Positions 17,493-23,650 of a stretch of 64,000 nt of DNA are shown here, in pieces. Under the pieces are notes generated by a model. The model made no database searches and was not told the origin of the DNA. It was given only the letters and a program-made list of their open reading frames with translations. Positions within the stretch are counted from its first letter, which is position 1, and the number at the start of each line of letters is the position of its first letter. This DNA is from Escherichia phage vB_EcoM-LTH02: sequence record PP430346; one strand, 5' to 3'. The translations under genes were made by a program, and so were the position numbers.

Positions 17493-17624
17493 CAGAAGAC
17501 CGTTTACAGCAAAACTTAAACAATCTATTTCTCCGGTAAAGAAAAGGCGAAGGTTCGATTCCTTCACTCGGCAGATGTCGAGTTGGTGTAATGGTAGCAC
17601 TTAAGATGATAAACAACGGTCTGG
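17493..17624 (+). ncRNA. YrlA-like (Y-RNA-like) candidate: terminal stem plus circularly permuted tRNA-like module
   Basis: Terminal stem AGAAGACCGTT (17495-17504) / AACGGTCT (17615-17622); inside, in this order: hairpin TTTCT-CCGGTAA-AGAAA (17528-17544), canonical T-arm GAAGG-TTCGATT-CCTTC (17549-17565), closed acceptor-like stem ACTCGGC-AGAT-GTCGAGT (17566-17583), D-arm GTGT-AATGGTA-GCAC (17586-17600). Confidence 0.55.
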
Positions 17625-17631
17625 TAATTAT

Positions 17632-17763
17632 CTTTGTAGATAAGTTATTAAGCTTACCTGTGAGTATGCGACCACAAAGGGTGAAAGGGTAAATTCTAGA
17701 TTTAAACCCAACAAGGCACATCGCTACAGACCTTAAGCAAGTCTGGGTAGCTTATCTACAAAG
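17632..17763 (+). ncRNA. structured region closed by a 13-bp long-range inverted repeat
   Basis: CTTTGTAGATAAG (17632-17644) pairs with CTTATCTACAAAG (17751-17763); encloses hairpin CAGACC-TTAAGCAA-GTCTGG (17726-17745). Confidence 0.4.
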
Positions 17764-17773
17764 ATAATTTAAT

Positions 17774-17849
17774 GGAAGTGTAGCAGAATGGTGATGCGGC
17801 AGACTTTTAATCTGACAGGCGATGGGTTCGAATCCCTCCACTTCTACCA
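17774..17849 (+). tRNA. tRNA-Lys (anticodon TTT)
   Basis: Acceptor GGAAGTG/CACTTCT, loop CTTTTAA, T-loop TTCGAAT, A-CCA; T-stem weak (3 bp). Confidence 0.65.
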
Positions 17850-17853
17850 ATAT

Positions 17854-17930
17854 GGTTCAGTCGCAGATAAGGTAATGCAAGGGTCTCATAAACCCTATGA
17901 ATGTGGGTTCGATTCCCATCTGAACCTCCA
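17854..17930 (+). tRNA. tRNA-Met or Ile2 (anticodon CAT)
   Basis: Acceptor GGTTCAG/CTGAACC, anticodon stem AGGGT/ACCCT with loop CTCATAA, T-arm GTGGG-TTCGATT-CCCAT, T-CCA. Confidence 0.75.
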
Positions 17931-17931
17931 A

Positions 17932-18007
17932 GCTGGTATAGTTAAGAAGGTTATAACACTCCCCTGATAAGGGAACATCGGTGGTTCGATTCCACCTACC
18001 AGTACCA
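17932..18007 (+). tRNA. tRNA-Ile (anticodon GAT)
   Basis: Acceptor GCTGGTA/TACCAGT, D GTTA..TAAC, loop CTGATAA, T-arm GGTGG-TTCGATT-CCACC, A-CCA. Confidence 0.75.
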
Positions 18008-18022
18008 ATTTCAATAAAGTTG

Positions 18023-18051
18023 TTGACATTGAGATGTGACCACTTTATAGT
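18023..18051 (+). promoter_or_regulatory. internal promoter in the tRNA region (TTGACA-17-TATAGT)
   Basis: TTGACA 18023-18028, 17-nt spacer, TATAGT 18046-18051; about 200 nt non-tRNA leader follows before tRNA-Arg. Confidence 0.6.
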
Positions 18052-18254
18052 AACCTTAGTTTTCGTTGCGTAGCGTCTATTTTGCAAATTTAAAATAAAT
18101 GCAAACGACAATGTTTTTCTGGCAGTAGCTTGATAGGCTAAACACCAGTGAGGTCTTCCAATCCCTCATCAAAGAATTTGGCGTACTCGCCCACGGTATG
18201 ATTAATAAGGTGGGCATCTTTAAGGGCTTTCTAAGAGAGTCTTTAAAGATTAAT

Positions 18255-18331
18255 GCACCCTTAGTTCAATTGGATAGAGCAACGGTCTTCTAAATCGTTA
18301 GTTACAGGTTCGAATCCTGTAGGGTGTGCCA
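18255..18331 (+). tRNA. tRNA-Arg (anticodon TCT)
   Basis: Acceptor GCACCCT/AGGGTGT, D GTTC..GAGC, loop CTTCTAA, T-arm ACAGG-TTCGAAT-CCTGT, G-CCA. Confidence 0.75.
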
Positions 18332-18473
18332 AATAGTTAGCAGATTGCTTAGACGACCTTATCGGGTCTCCGTGTAAGGAGGTGGTCTGTATCTCATGTT
18401 TTCCAGAACATGTAAATAATCTGAGAAGGGGCTTTACAGTGTTGCGAAAATACGGTAAGCTTCGAATTATAGT

Positions 18474-18556
18474 GTGGGACGATGTTAAGACTCTAAGGCA
18501 TGAGCAACGGCCTCCAAAACCGTTTCAAAGGGGTTCAACTCCTCCGTCCCATGCCA
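18474..18556 (+). tRNA. tRNA-like, possibly Trp (anticodon CCA), irregular
   Basis: Acceptor GTGGGAC/GTCCCAT, T-arm AGGGG-TTCAACT-CCTCC, G-CCA; anticodon arm ACGGC-CTCCAAA-ACCGT; 9 nt instead of 2 between acceptor and D-stem, total 83 nt. Confidence 0.4.
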
Positions 18557-18569
18557 AAGTCTTATTAGG

Positions 18570-18659
18570 GGTAGGTAGCGGCTAATGGTAGCCAAACTGT
18601 CTTGAAAACAGTTGCCACTGTAGAGATACGGTGAGGGTTCGACTCCTTTACTTACCGCC
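18570..18659 (+). tRNA. tRNA-Ser (anticodon TGA), class II
   Basis: Acceptor GGTAGGT/ACTTACC, anticodon stem ACTGT/ACAGT with loop CTTGAAA, long variable arm, T-arm GAGGG-TTCGACT-CCTTT; 3' end reads G-CC-T, so CCA is not fully encoded. Confidence 0.7.
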
Positions 18660-18814
18660 TAATAAGATTTAAAGCCAAGCTTCATTCGGATGTTGCTTTG
18701 GTATCCCTCGTGTATTGTCGTACACGCACAGTAAAGCACCTAGTAGGTGTCACGGAGAAGAGATAATATCAAGCTCTCCAAAGGTTCTAGTCACCGGATT
18801 AAACAAGACTATGC

Positions 18815-18836
18815 AAAGACCAAATTAGGTCTTTTT
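18815..18836 (+). terminator. terminator-like hairpin using the AGACC/GGTCT stem
   Basis: AAAGACC-AAATTA-GGTCTTT followed by TT. Confidence 0.4.
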
Positions 18837-18915
18837 AGAGGGCTTCTAAGGTTATTACAGCTTGTTGTGGAACCTTGTTGCTTAGGTTCTTAGAAGTTCT
18901 CTAAAAAGATTTAAT

Positions 18916-18992
18916 GCACCTATAGCCCAATTGGTAGAGGCAGCAGACTTAGAATCTGCTCAGTGTGAGTTCGAATCTCTCTAGGTGTACCA
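18916..18992 (+). tRNA. tRNA with anticodon TAG (Leu by anticodon; short variable arm)
   Basis: Acceptor GCACCTA/TAGGTGT, anticodon stem GCAGA/TCTGC with loop CTTAGAA, T-loop TTCGAAT, A-CCA; 77 nt. Confidence 0.65.
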
Positions 18993-18999
18993 AATTAAT

Positions 19000-19075
19000 G
19001 CAGGTGTAGCAAAATGGTTATGCGGCTGACTCTTAATCAGTAAGACGATGGGTTCAATTCCCTCCACCTGTACCA
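19000..19075 (+). tRNA. tRNA-Lys (anticodon CTT)
   Basis: Acceptor GCAGGTG/CACCTGT, loop CTCTTAA, T-loop TTCAATT, A-CCA; paralog of tRNA-Lys(TTT). Confidence 0.65.
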
Positions 19076-19081
19076 AACATT

Positions 19082-19157
19082 GGGGATGTAGTTTACATGG
19101 TTAAAACATAAGTTTTGCAAACTTAAGTACAGGGTTCAATTCCCTGCTTCTCCACCA
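19082..19157 (+). tRNA. tRNA-Ala (anticodon TGC)
   Basis: D GTTT..AAAC, anticodon stem TAAGT/ACTTA with loop TTTGCAA, T-arm CAGGG-TTCAATT-CCCTG, 3' CTTCTCC-A-CCA. Confidence 0.7.
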
Positions 19158-19163
19158 ATTAGT

Positions 19164-19238
19164 GCATCCATAGTTTAAACGGGAAAATTACAGTCTTCCA
19201 AACTGAGGTTGAGGGTTCGATTCCCTCTGGATGCTCCA
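19164..19238 (+). tRNA. tRNA-Gly (anticodon TCC)
   Basis: Acceptor GCATCCA/TGGATGC, loop CTTCCAA, T-arm GAGGG-TTCGATT-CCCTC, T-CCA. Confidence 0.75.
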
Positions 19239-19244
19239 AACAAT

Positions 19245-19321
19245 GCTGCTTTCGTATAATTGGCTATTACACATCCCTTGTAAGGATGGAAATGCAGGTT
19301 CGAGTCCTGTGAGCAGCACCA
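19245..19321 (+). tRNA. tRNA-Thr (anticodon TGT)
   Basis: Acceptor GCTGCTT/GAGCAGC, anticodon stem CATCC/GGATG with loop CTTGTAA, T-loop TTCGAGT, A-CCA. Confidence 0.75.
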
Positions 19322-19325
19322 ATTC

Positions 19326-19411
19326 AGAGGTCAAGTGAAAGACCGCTGGTGTCAACTGAAGACCGTAACAAATTCCACGGAGTTGAGTTAGCGGCACAAC
19401 TTCAGACCTCT
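19326..19411 (+). ncRNA. multi-stem structured element between tRNA-Thr and the next tRNA
   Basis: Nested stems AGAGGTC (19326-19332) / GACCTCT (19405-19411); CCGCT (19343-19347) / AGCGG (19390-19394); TCAACT (19352-19357) / AGTTGA (19381-19386); apical loop carries GAAGACCGTAACAAATTCC, related to the 5' arms of elements a-d. Confidence 0.45.
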
Positions 19412-19416
19412 TCCAT

Positions 19417-19491
19417 ACTCGCTTAGTTTATATGGTAAAACACCACCCTTACAAGATGAAGAAAAAGGTTCAAGTCCTTTAGTGAGTACCA
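19417..19491 (+). tRNA. tRNA-like, anticodon probably TAC (Val); weak anticodon stem
   Basis: Acceptor ACTCGCT/AGTGAGT, D GTTT..AAAC, T-arm AAAGG-TTCAAGT-CCTTT, A-CCA; anticodon region CCACC-CTTACAA-GATGA forms only 3 of 5 pairs. Confidence 0.45.
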
Positions 19492-19492
19492 T

Positions 19493-19570
19493 GTTCCAGT
19501 ATCCCAATTGGCAGAGGATGCAAGCTCAAACCTTGTACTAGTGACGGTTCGAATCCGTCTTGGAACACCA
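19493..19570 (+). tRNA. tRNA with anticodon CAA (Leu by anticodon; short variable arm)
   Basis: Acceptor GTTCCAG/TTGGAAC, anticodon stem GCAAG/CTTGT with loop CTCAAAC, T-arm GACGG-TTCGAAT-CCGTC, A-CCA. Confidence 0.65.
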
Positions 19571-19575
19571 ATTTT

Positions 19576-19651
19576 GCAGGATTAGTTCAAATGGATAGAG
19601 CAACAGTCTACGAAGCTGTTAATAGGGGTTCGAATCCCTTATCCTGCGCCA
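19576..19651 (+). tRNA. tRNA-Arg (anticodon ACG)
   Basis: Acceptor GCAGGAT/ATCCTGC, D GTTC..GAGC, loop CTACGAA, T-loop TTCGAAT, G-CCA. Confidence 0.75.
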
Positions 19652-19670
19652 ATTTAAAGAGGCTATTTAG

Positions 19671-20228
19671 ATGAGATATTTGAAGTATGCTTCATGGATT
19701 TTCTTAGCTTTGTTAGAGCCATTTGCAGCAATCTTAGCAGTTATCTTAGCACCTTTCGTAGTTCCATTTTACAGTGAGAAGAAAGGACACTTACCTTTCG
19801 GATTTAGATGGATGGAAACTTACGACAACCCGATTGATGGTGATGAAGGTCACGTCAAACGATGGGCTAAGATTAGAAAGATTGGTAAGCTTGGTATCTA
19901 TATGCAGAGAGTCGGTTGGCTCTGGAGAAACAAAGCTTATAACTTCTCTTATCATGTGTTAGGAAGAGATGTGAAAGATGTTACTAAGTGGAAAGGTAAT
20001 ATTAATGTAAGTTCTAACCCTGAAGATAATCAGACAGGTTATCTCCTAATGTGGAACAGTAATGCTTGGGGATTATTCGCTTTTATCCCATCAATTAAAG
20101 TCTTTGGTAAACAATTCTACTGGAGAATTTATGTTGGATGGAAACTTAAAAGTGTTGTCCCAAAAGAAAGAGCATTCTCAAGGGAAAGAGTTATGTTGGC
20201 ATTCTTTATTCATCCACTAAGAAAGTAA
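19671..20228 (+). CDS. hypothetical Trp-rich membrane-anchored protein embedded in the tRNA array (185 aa)
   Basis: ATG at 19671 with SD in AAGAGGCTATTTAG; N-terminal hydrophobic helix WIFLALLEPFAAILAVILAPFVV. Confidence 0.55.
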   Translation: MRYLKYASWIFLALLEPFAAILAVILAPFVVPFYSEKKGHLPFGFRWMETYDNPIDGDEGHVKRWAKIRKIGKLGIYMQRVGWLWRNKAYNFSYHVLGRDVKDVTKWKGNINVSSNPEDNQTGYLLMWNSNAWGLFAFIPSIKVFGKQFYWRIYVGWKLKSVVPKERAFSRERVMLAFFIHPLRK

Positions 20229-20236
20229 AGATTTAA

Positions 20237-20312
20237 AGGGGATTAGTTTACAAGGTTAAAACCTCGGTCTTTGAAATCGAAGAAGTTGGTTCAATTCCAA
20301 CATCCCCCGCCA
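20237..20312 (+). tRNA. tRNA-Gln (anticodon TTG)
   Basis: Acceptor AGGGGAT/ATCCCCC (A1/C72 mismatch), D GTTT..AAAC, anticodon stem TCGGT/ATCGA with loop CTTTGAA, T-arm GTTGG-TTCAATT-CCAAC, G-CCA. Confidence 0.7.
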
Positions 20313-20314
20313 AT

Positions 20315-20393
20315 GCTCCATTACTCCAATTGGCAGAGAGGCCAGACTTAAAATCTGTGTTATGTATCGGTTCGAATCCGATATGGAGTACCA
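20315..20393 (+). tRNA. tRNA with anticodon TAA (Leu by anticodon; short variable arm)
   Basis: Acceptor GCTCCAT/ATGGAGT, loop CTTAAAA, T-arm ATCGG-TTCGAAT-CCGAT, A-CCA. Confidence 0.6.
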
Positions 20394-20398
20394 AATTT

Positions 20399-20474
20399 AG
20401 CGGTATAGCATAACTGGCAATGCAGCAGTCTCTGAAGCTGTCTTATTAAGGTTCAAATCCTTATGCCGCTGCCA
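20399..20474 (+). tRNA. tRNA-Gln (anticodon CTG)
   Basis: Acceptor AGCGGTA/TGCCGCT, D GCAT..ATGC, loop CTCTGAA, T-arm TAAGG-TTCAAAT-CCTTA, G-CCA. Confidence 0.7.
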
Positions 20475-20505
20475 CTTCTAAGGGTTCTTACGAGAGTCCT
20501 TAAAT

Positions 20506-20581
20506 GTGGCCTTATCATAAAAGGTAATGACCCATGCTGTGAACATGGTCTATACGGGTTCAAATCCCGTAGGTCACCCCA
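20506..20581 (+). tRNA. tRNA-His (anticodon GTG)
   Basis: Acceptor GTGGCCT/AGGTCAC, D TCAT..ATGA, anticodon stem CCATG/CATGG with loop CTGTGAA, T-arm ACGGG-TTCAAAT-CCCGT, discriminator C then CCA. Confidence 0.75.
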
Positions 20582-20586
20582 ATTTA

Positions 20587-20663
20587 TAGTCCAAGTAGCT
20601 TATATGGTTAAAGCGCGTGTCTGAAAAACATGAGAAGAGGGTTCAAATCCCACTGGACTACCA
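20587..20663 (+). tRNA. tRNA-Phe-like (anticodon GAA), irregular acceptor/D junction
   Basis: D GCTT..AAGC, anticodon stem CGTGT/ACATG with loop CTGAAAA, T-loop TTCAAAT; acceptor TAGTCCA/TGGACTA pairs perfectly but leaves a nonstandard junction and 3' end. Confidence 0.55.
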
Positions 20664-20679
20664 ATTTCAAAGGTGCTTA

Positions 20680-21414
20680 ATGAAAGAGATGACAGAACAA
20701 GGTAAGGAGATTTTTAATCTCTTAAAAACCGGTAGAGGGTTTTCTAATCCCCTTATTACTGGTGCAGCAGTTCTCGGTGGAACCGTAGCTGCCTCTACAT
20801 CACTTGTAAGCTCTATTAGCTCTGTAACAGACCCTACAATAAAAGATAAGCTTATTGCTGCTGGACTTACAACAGTTCTGCTTAATAGCTTTACAACGAG
20901 TCTGACAAGCACTACATCAACCACTAAGACATTGACAGATTACGGTCAAAAATCAATTGATGAGTTTTCATCACGTATGCAGGTAGCAAAAGGATATTCC
21001 AATGTTATGGGTGCAGCAGGAGAGCAAGTTGGTTGTACACCATTTAGTGGTATTATGGGTGTTGCTACAGAGTATGGTCAAAAAGCTATTGACACAATTA
21101 ACAGCACACTAGACAGTGTTAACGGTGTGTTAAGTGACTTACAGGATGCTATTGATGAAGGTCTTGATACCATTTCTGATTTAGCTAACCAAGCTGTTAG
21201 CAAGATTAATGAAGGTATCTCAAAGATTACAGCTTATGCAGATGAAGTTGTGCAGATGATTGAAGAAGAAGCTGCCCTTATTGCAGAGTACCTTAAAACG
21301 AATATCAATGGGTTCTTAGCAGGTATCTTACCAGACTGGTTTGATGATGCTTGTAAAACTGGTGTAATTGATACTATTGCAACACCAGAAATGAAGAACG
21401 CATTACAGAAATAA
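20680..21414 (+). CDS. hypothetical Ser/Thr-rich protein (244 aa)
   Basis: ORF track 20617..21414 starts at GTG inside tRNA-Phe; moved to ATG at 20680; stop lies 1 nt before tRNA-Ser(GCT). Confidence 0.55.
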   Translation: MKEMTEQGKEIFNLLKTGRGFSNPLITGAAVLGGTVAASTSLVSSISSVTDPTIKDKLIAAGLTTVLLNSFTTSLTSTTSTTKTLTDYGQKSIDEFSSRMQVAKGYSNVMGAAGEQVGCTPFSGIMGVATEYGQKAIDTINSTLDSVNGVLSDLQDAIDEGLDTISDLANQAVSKINEGISKITAYADEVVQMIEEEAALIAEYLKTNINGFLAGILPDWFDDACKTGVIDTIATPEMKNALQK

Positions 21415-21415
21415 T

Positions 21416-21508
21416 GGAAGATTAACCCTAAAAGGTAAGGGAGCAGTTTGCTAAACTGCCAGTAGCTGAGAAATCGGTGTACCAGTTCAAGTCTGGTATC
21501 TTCCTCCA
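21416..21508 (+). tRNA. tRNA-Ser (anticodon GCT), class II
   Basis: Acceptor GGAAGAT/ATCTTCC, anticodon stem GCAGT/ACTGC with loop TTGCTAA, long variable arm, T-arm ACCAG-TTCAAGT-CTGGT, T-CCA. Confidence 0.7.
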
Positions 21509-21512
21509 ATTT

Positions 21513-21588
21513 GAATCCGTGACAGAAATGGCTATGTGCCTGTCTGCAAAACAGGTTTATAAGGGTTCGAGTCCCTTCGGATTCTCCA
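21513..21588 (+). tRNA. tRNA-Cys (anticodon GCA)
   Basis: Acceptor GAATCCG/CGGATTC, anticodon stem CCTGT/ACAGG with loop CTGCAAA, T-arm AAGGG-TTCGAGT-CCCTT, T-CCA. Confidence 0.75.
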
Positions 21589-21625
21589 AGTTATTTTACT
21601 CTCTCTCAATTAAAATAATAATAAT

Positions 21626-21686
21626 GCCCTGCTATAAGTATTCTTCCTTTCGCTACCGAAGAGTATTTTTAGACAGGGCTTTTTTA
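21626..21686 (+). terminator. intrinsic terminator after the tRNA array
   Basis: GCCCTG ... CAGGGC stem followed by TTTTTT; a second hairpin GACGGT-CTCTGT-ACCGTC plus TTTTTT lies at about 21752-21775. Confidence 0.55.
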
Positions 21687-21810
21687 CAGAGTTATACTTT
21701 ATAAGAAGACTTATACAGTATGTCTCTGACGTACATTGTGGTTTCTCCTTGACGGTCTCTGTACCGTCTTTTTTAAGGGGAAACATGGTTAATTATTTGG
21801 AGAAAACATA

Positions 21811-22011
21811 ATGAGCGAGACCGTTTACAAAGAACTTTATGAAGCTAATAAGAAGCTGGAATTTATGCAGAATACTATTATGGCAATTGCAGACAGATTA
21901 TCTGTAGCAACAGGTATTGATATTAAAGAAGCATCTATGGATGCACTTCTTGATGCTGTTGATGCAAAGTTCGAAGTTAAGAAAGAAGAGACTGCTACAG
22001 ACTCTGAATAA
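21811..22011 (+). CDS. hypothetical protein (66 aa) upstream of large terminase
   Basis: ORF track; SD GGAGAAAAC; position is compatible with, but does not establish, a small terminase subunit. Confidence 0.45.
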   Translation: MSETVYKELYEANKKLEFMQNTIMAIADRLSVATGIDIKEASMDALLDAVDAKFEVKKEETATDSE

Positions 22012-22032
22012 TTCTATTTGCGGAGGTGCTTA

Positions 22033-23634
22033 ATGGACTTAAATGCTGTTAAGCAGAAGCGAGTGGAAGATGTTAGGAAAGTCCTAGCTGGAGAGTTGGG
22101 GCTTTCTGATGAAGTAAAAGAAATTATCAAATCATTCGGTAAAGACCCCTCTAAATTCCTTCCAACTCAAATTCTGACTTTATTAAGATACACACCAGAC
22201 CAAGTTAGACTTATCTTCAAATTGATGACTGATAAGAACTATGTAGCCCCTCAGCCGGGTTCTCAAGAGGTCTTTTTAAATACTAATGCTGACTTGGTTC
22301 TATATGGTGGTGCTGCTGGTGCTGGTAAAACTGCTGCATTGTTAATGGACTCTTTAAGGTTTATTGAAGACCCTAACTATAATGCTGTATATTTCCGTAG
22401 AAATACAACACAGTTACAAGGTGGTTTATGGCCTGCTGCAAAGAAACTATTTGGTAAGTTTGGCGGGGTTCCTCATGAGCAGAAGATGACTATCACATTC
22501 CCTTCTGGGGCAACTATTAAGTTCACCTACCTAGAACTTGAAAAGCACGCTGAAGGTCATCAGGGTATTGAATACTCAGCTATCTACTTTGACGAAGGTA
22601 CACACTTCTCTGCTTCACAGATTTCATACCTACAGACCCGTCTTCGTTCTGGTGCTGAAGGTGATTCATACATGAAGATTTCTATGAACCCAGATAGAGA
22701 CCACTTCATTTATGATTGGGTAGAGCCATTCTTAGATGAAGAAGGTTACCCAGACCCTGAGAAATGTGGTCGTATTCGTTGGTATGTCATGAATGATGGT
22801 GTGATGGTTTCTGATTGGGAGAGAGACAAGATTCTTGAAATGTTCCCTCTTGAGATTCCTCAGACATACACCTTCATCTCTGGTACGATTGATGATAACC
22901 CAATTCTTGACTTCTTAGAGCCTAAATATCGTGGTAAGTTGGAAAACAACACACCTGTAAACGTTGCAAGACTTCGTTTCGGTAACTGGAAGGCTCGTGC
23001 AGAAGGTTCAAACTATTGGCAAAGACAATGGTGTGAGATTGTTGATTCACTACCAGAAGATGTGTTTGATGTCAGAGCATGGGACTTAGCAGCGACTTTA
23101 CCATCTGAAATTAACCCTAACCCAGACTGGACAGCGGGTGTTAAGATGGGTAAATCTAAAAAAGACGGTTGCTATTATATCATTGATGTAGTAAGATTTA
23201 GAGATAGACCCTCTGGAGTCGAAACACAAATTAATTTGACTGCTGAAAGTGACGGTAAGCGAACTGGTATTTTTATCCCTCAAGACCCAGGCGCTGCTGG
23301 TAAATCCTATGCAACATCCCTCATCAGGAAACTTGCCGAGAAAGGTTATCGCGCAAGAGCTAAACCAACAAATAAAGATAAAGTTACCCGCTTTGCGGGA
23401 TTTTCTGCTGCTTCTGAAGCTGGACTTGTAAAAGTCTTGAGAGGTAGTTGGAATGAAGCTTACTTTCAAGAACTTGAAGGTTTTTGTGGCGATGGTAAAA
23501 CTAAAGATGACCAAGTGGATGCTACCAGTGATGCTTTCAACAGTCTTAACGAAGTTAAATTATTCAAGCCACCATCAATGGGTGCTCACACAGACTTAGT
23601 GAGAGGAAACCCATATGAGGGGCTTAGACGTTGA
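22033..23634 (+). CDS. terminase large subunit
   Basis: Walker A LYGGAAGAGKTAAL, Walker B-like AIYFDEGTHF, C-terminal nuclease-type region; start moved from TTG 22018 to ATG 22033 (SD GGAGG). Confidence 0.85.
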   Translation: MDLNAVKQKRVEDVRKVLAGELGLSDEVKEIIKSFGKDPSKFLPTQILTLLRYTPDQVRLIFKLMTDKNYVAPQPGSQEVFLNTNADLVLYGGAAGAGKTAALLMDSLRFIEDPNYNAVYFRRNTTQLQGGLWPAAKKLFGKFGGVPHEQKMTITFPSGATIKFTYLELEKHAEGHQGIEYSAIYFDEGTHFSASQISYLQTRLRSGAEGDSYMKISMNPDRDHFIYDWVEPFLDEEGYPDPEKCGRIRWYVMNDGVMVSDWERDKILEMFPLEIPQTYTFISGTIDDNPILDFLEPKYRGKLENNTPVNVARLRFGNWKARAEGSNYWQRQWCEIVDSLPEDVFDVRAWDLAATLPSEINPNPDWTAGVKMGKSKKDGCYYIIDVVRFRDRPSGVETQINLTAESDGKRTGIFIPQDPGAAGKSYATSLIRKLAEKGYRARAKPTNKDKVTRFAGFSAASEAGLVKVLRGSWNEAYFQELEGFCGDGKTKDDQVDATSDAFNSLNEVKLFKPPSMGAHTDLVRGNPYEGLRR

Positions 23635-23650
23635 TAGCTAGGTGAGAAGA

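Noticed and set aside
17528-17600. A conventional or merely disrupted tRNA gene, or a permuted tRNA gene needing splicing, as explanation for the T-arm/acceptor/D-arm block
   Set aside because: The 3' half precedes the 5' half and the acceptor strands are joined by a 4-nt loop with no CCA, so it cannot mature into a tRNA by normal processing; permuted-tRNA maturation is known from some algae and archaea, not phage; the enclosing terminal stem fits a Y-RNA-like fold better. Kept as a hypothesis under findings.
17577-17700. tmRNA-like gene (acceptor/T-arm module followed by a short reading frame)
   Set aside because: No CCA-ending acceptor, no pseudoknot-like context, and the downstream ATG-initiated frame has no tag-peptide character; chance ORF.
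16730-18585. ORF-track calls that overlap tRNA genes or structured spacers (16730..16981, 16896..17135, 17464..17721, 17857..18111, 18382..18585, and 19188..19397 further on)
   Set aside because: Each overlaps one or more well-formed tRNA cloverleafs or the hairpin elements on the same or opposite strand and lacks a ribosome-binding site; low-complexity translations; treated as spurious.
18916-20393. Nonsense-suppressor tRNAs
   Set aside because: Anticodons TAG, TAA and CAA read sense Leu codons CUA, UUA and UUG; a suppressor would carry CTA, TTA or TCA. No such anticodon was found.
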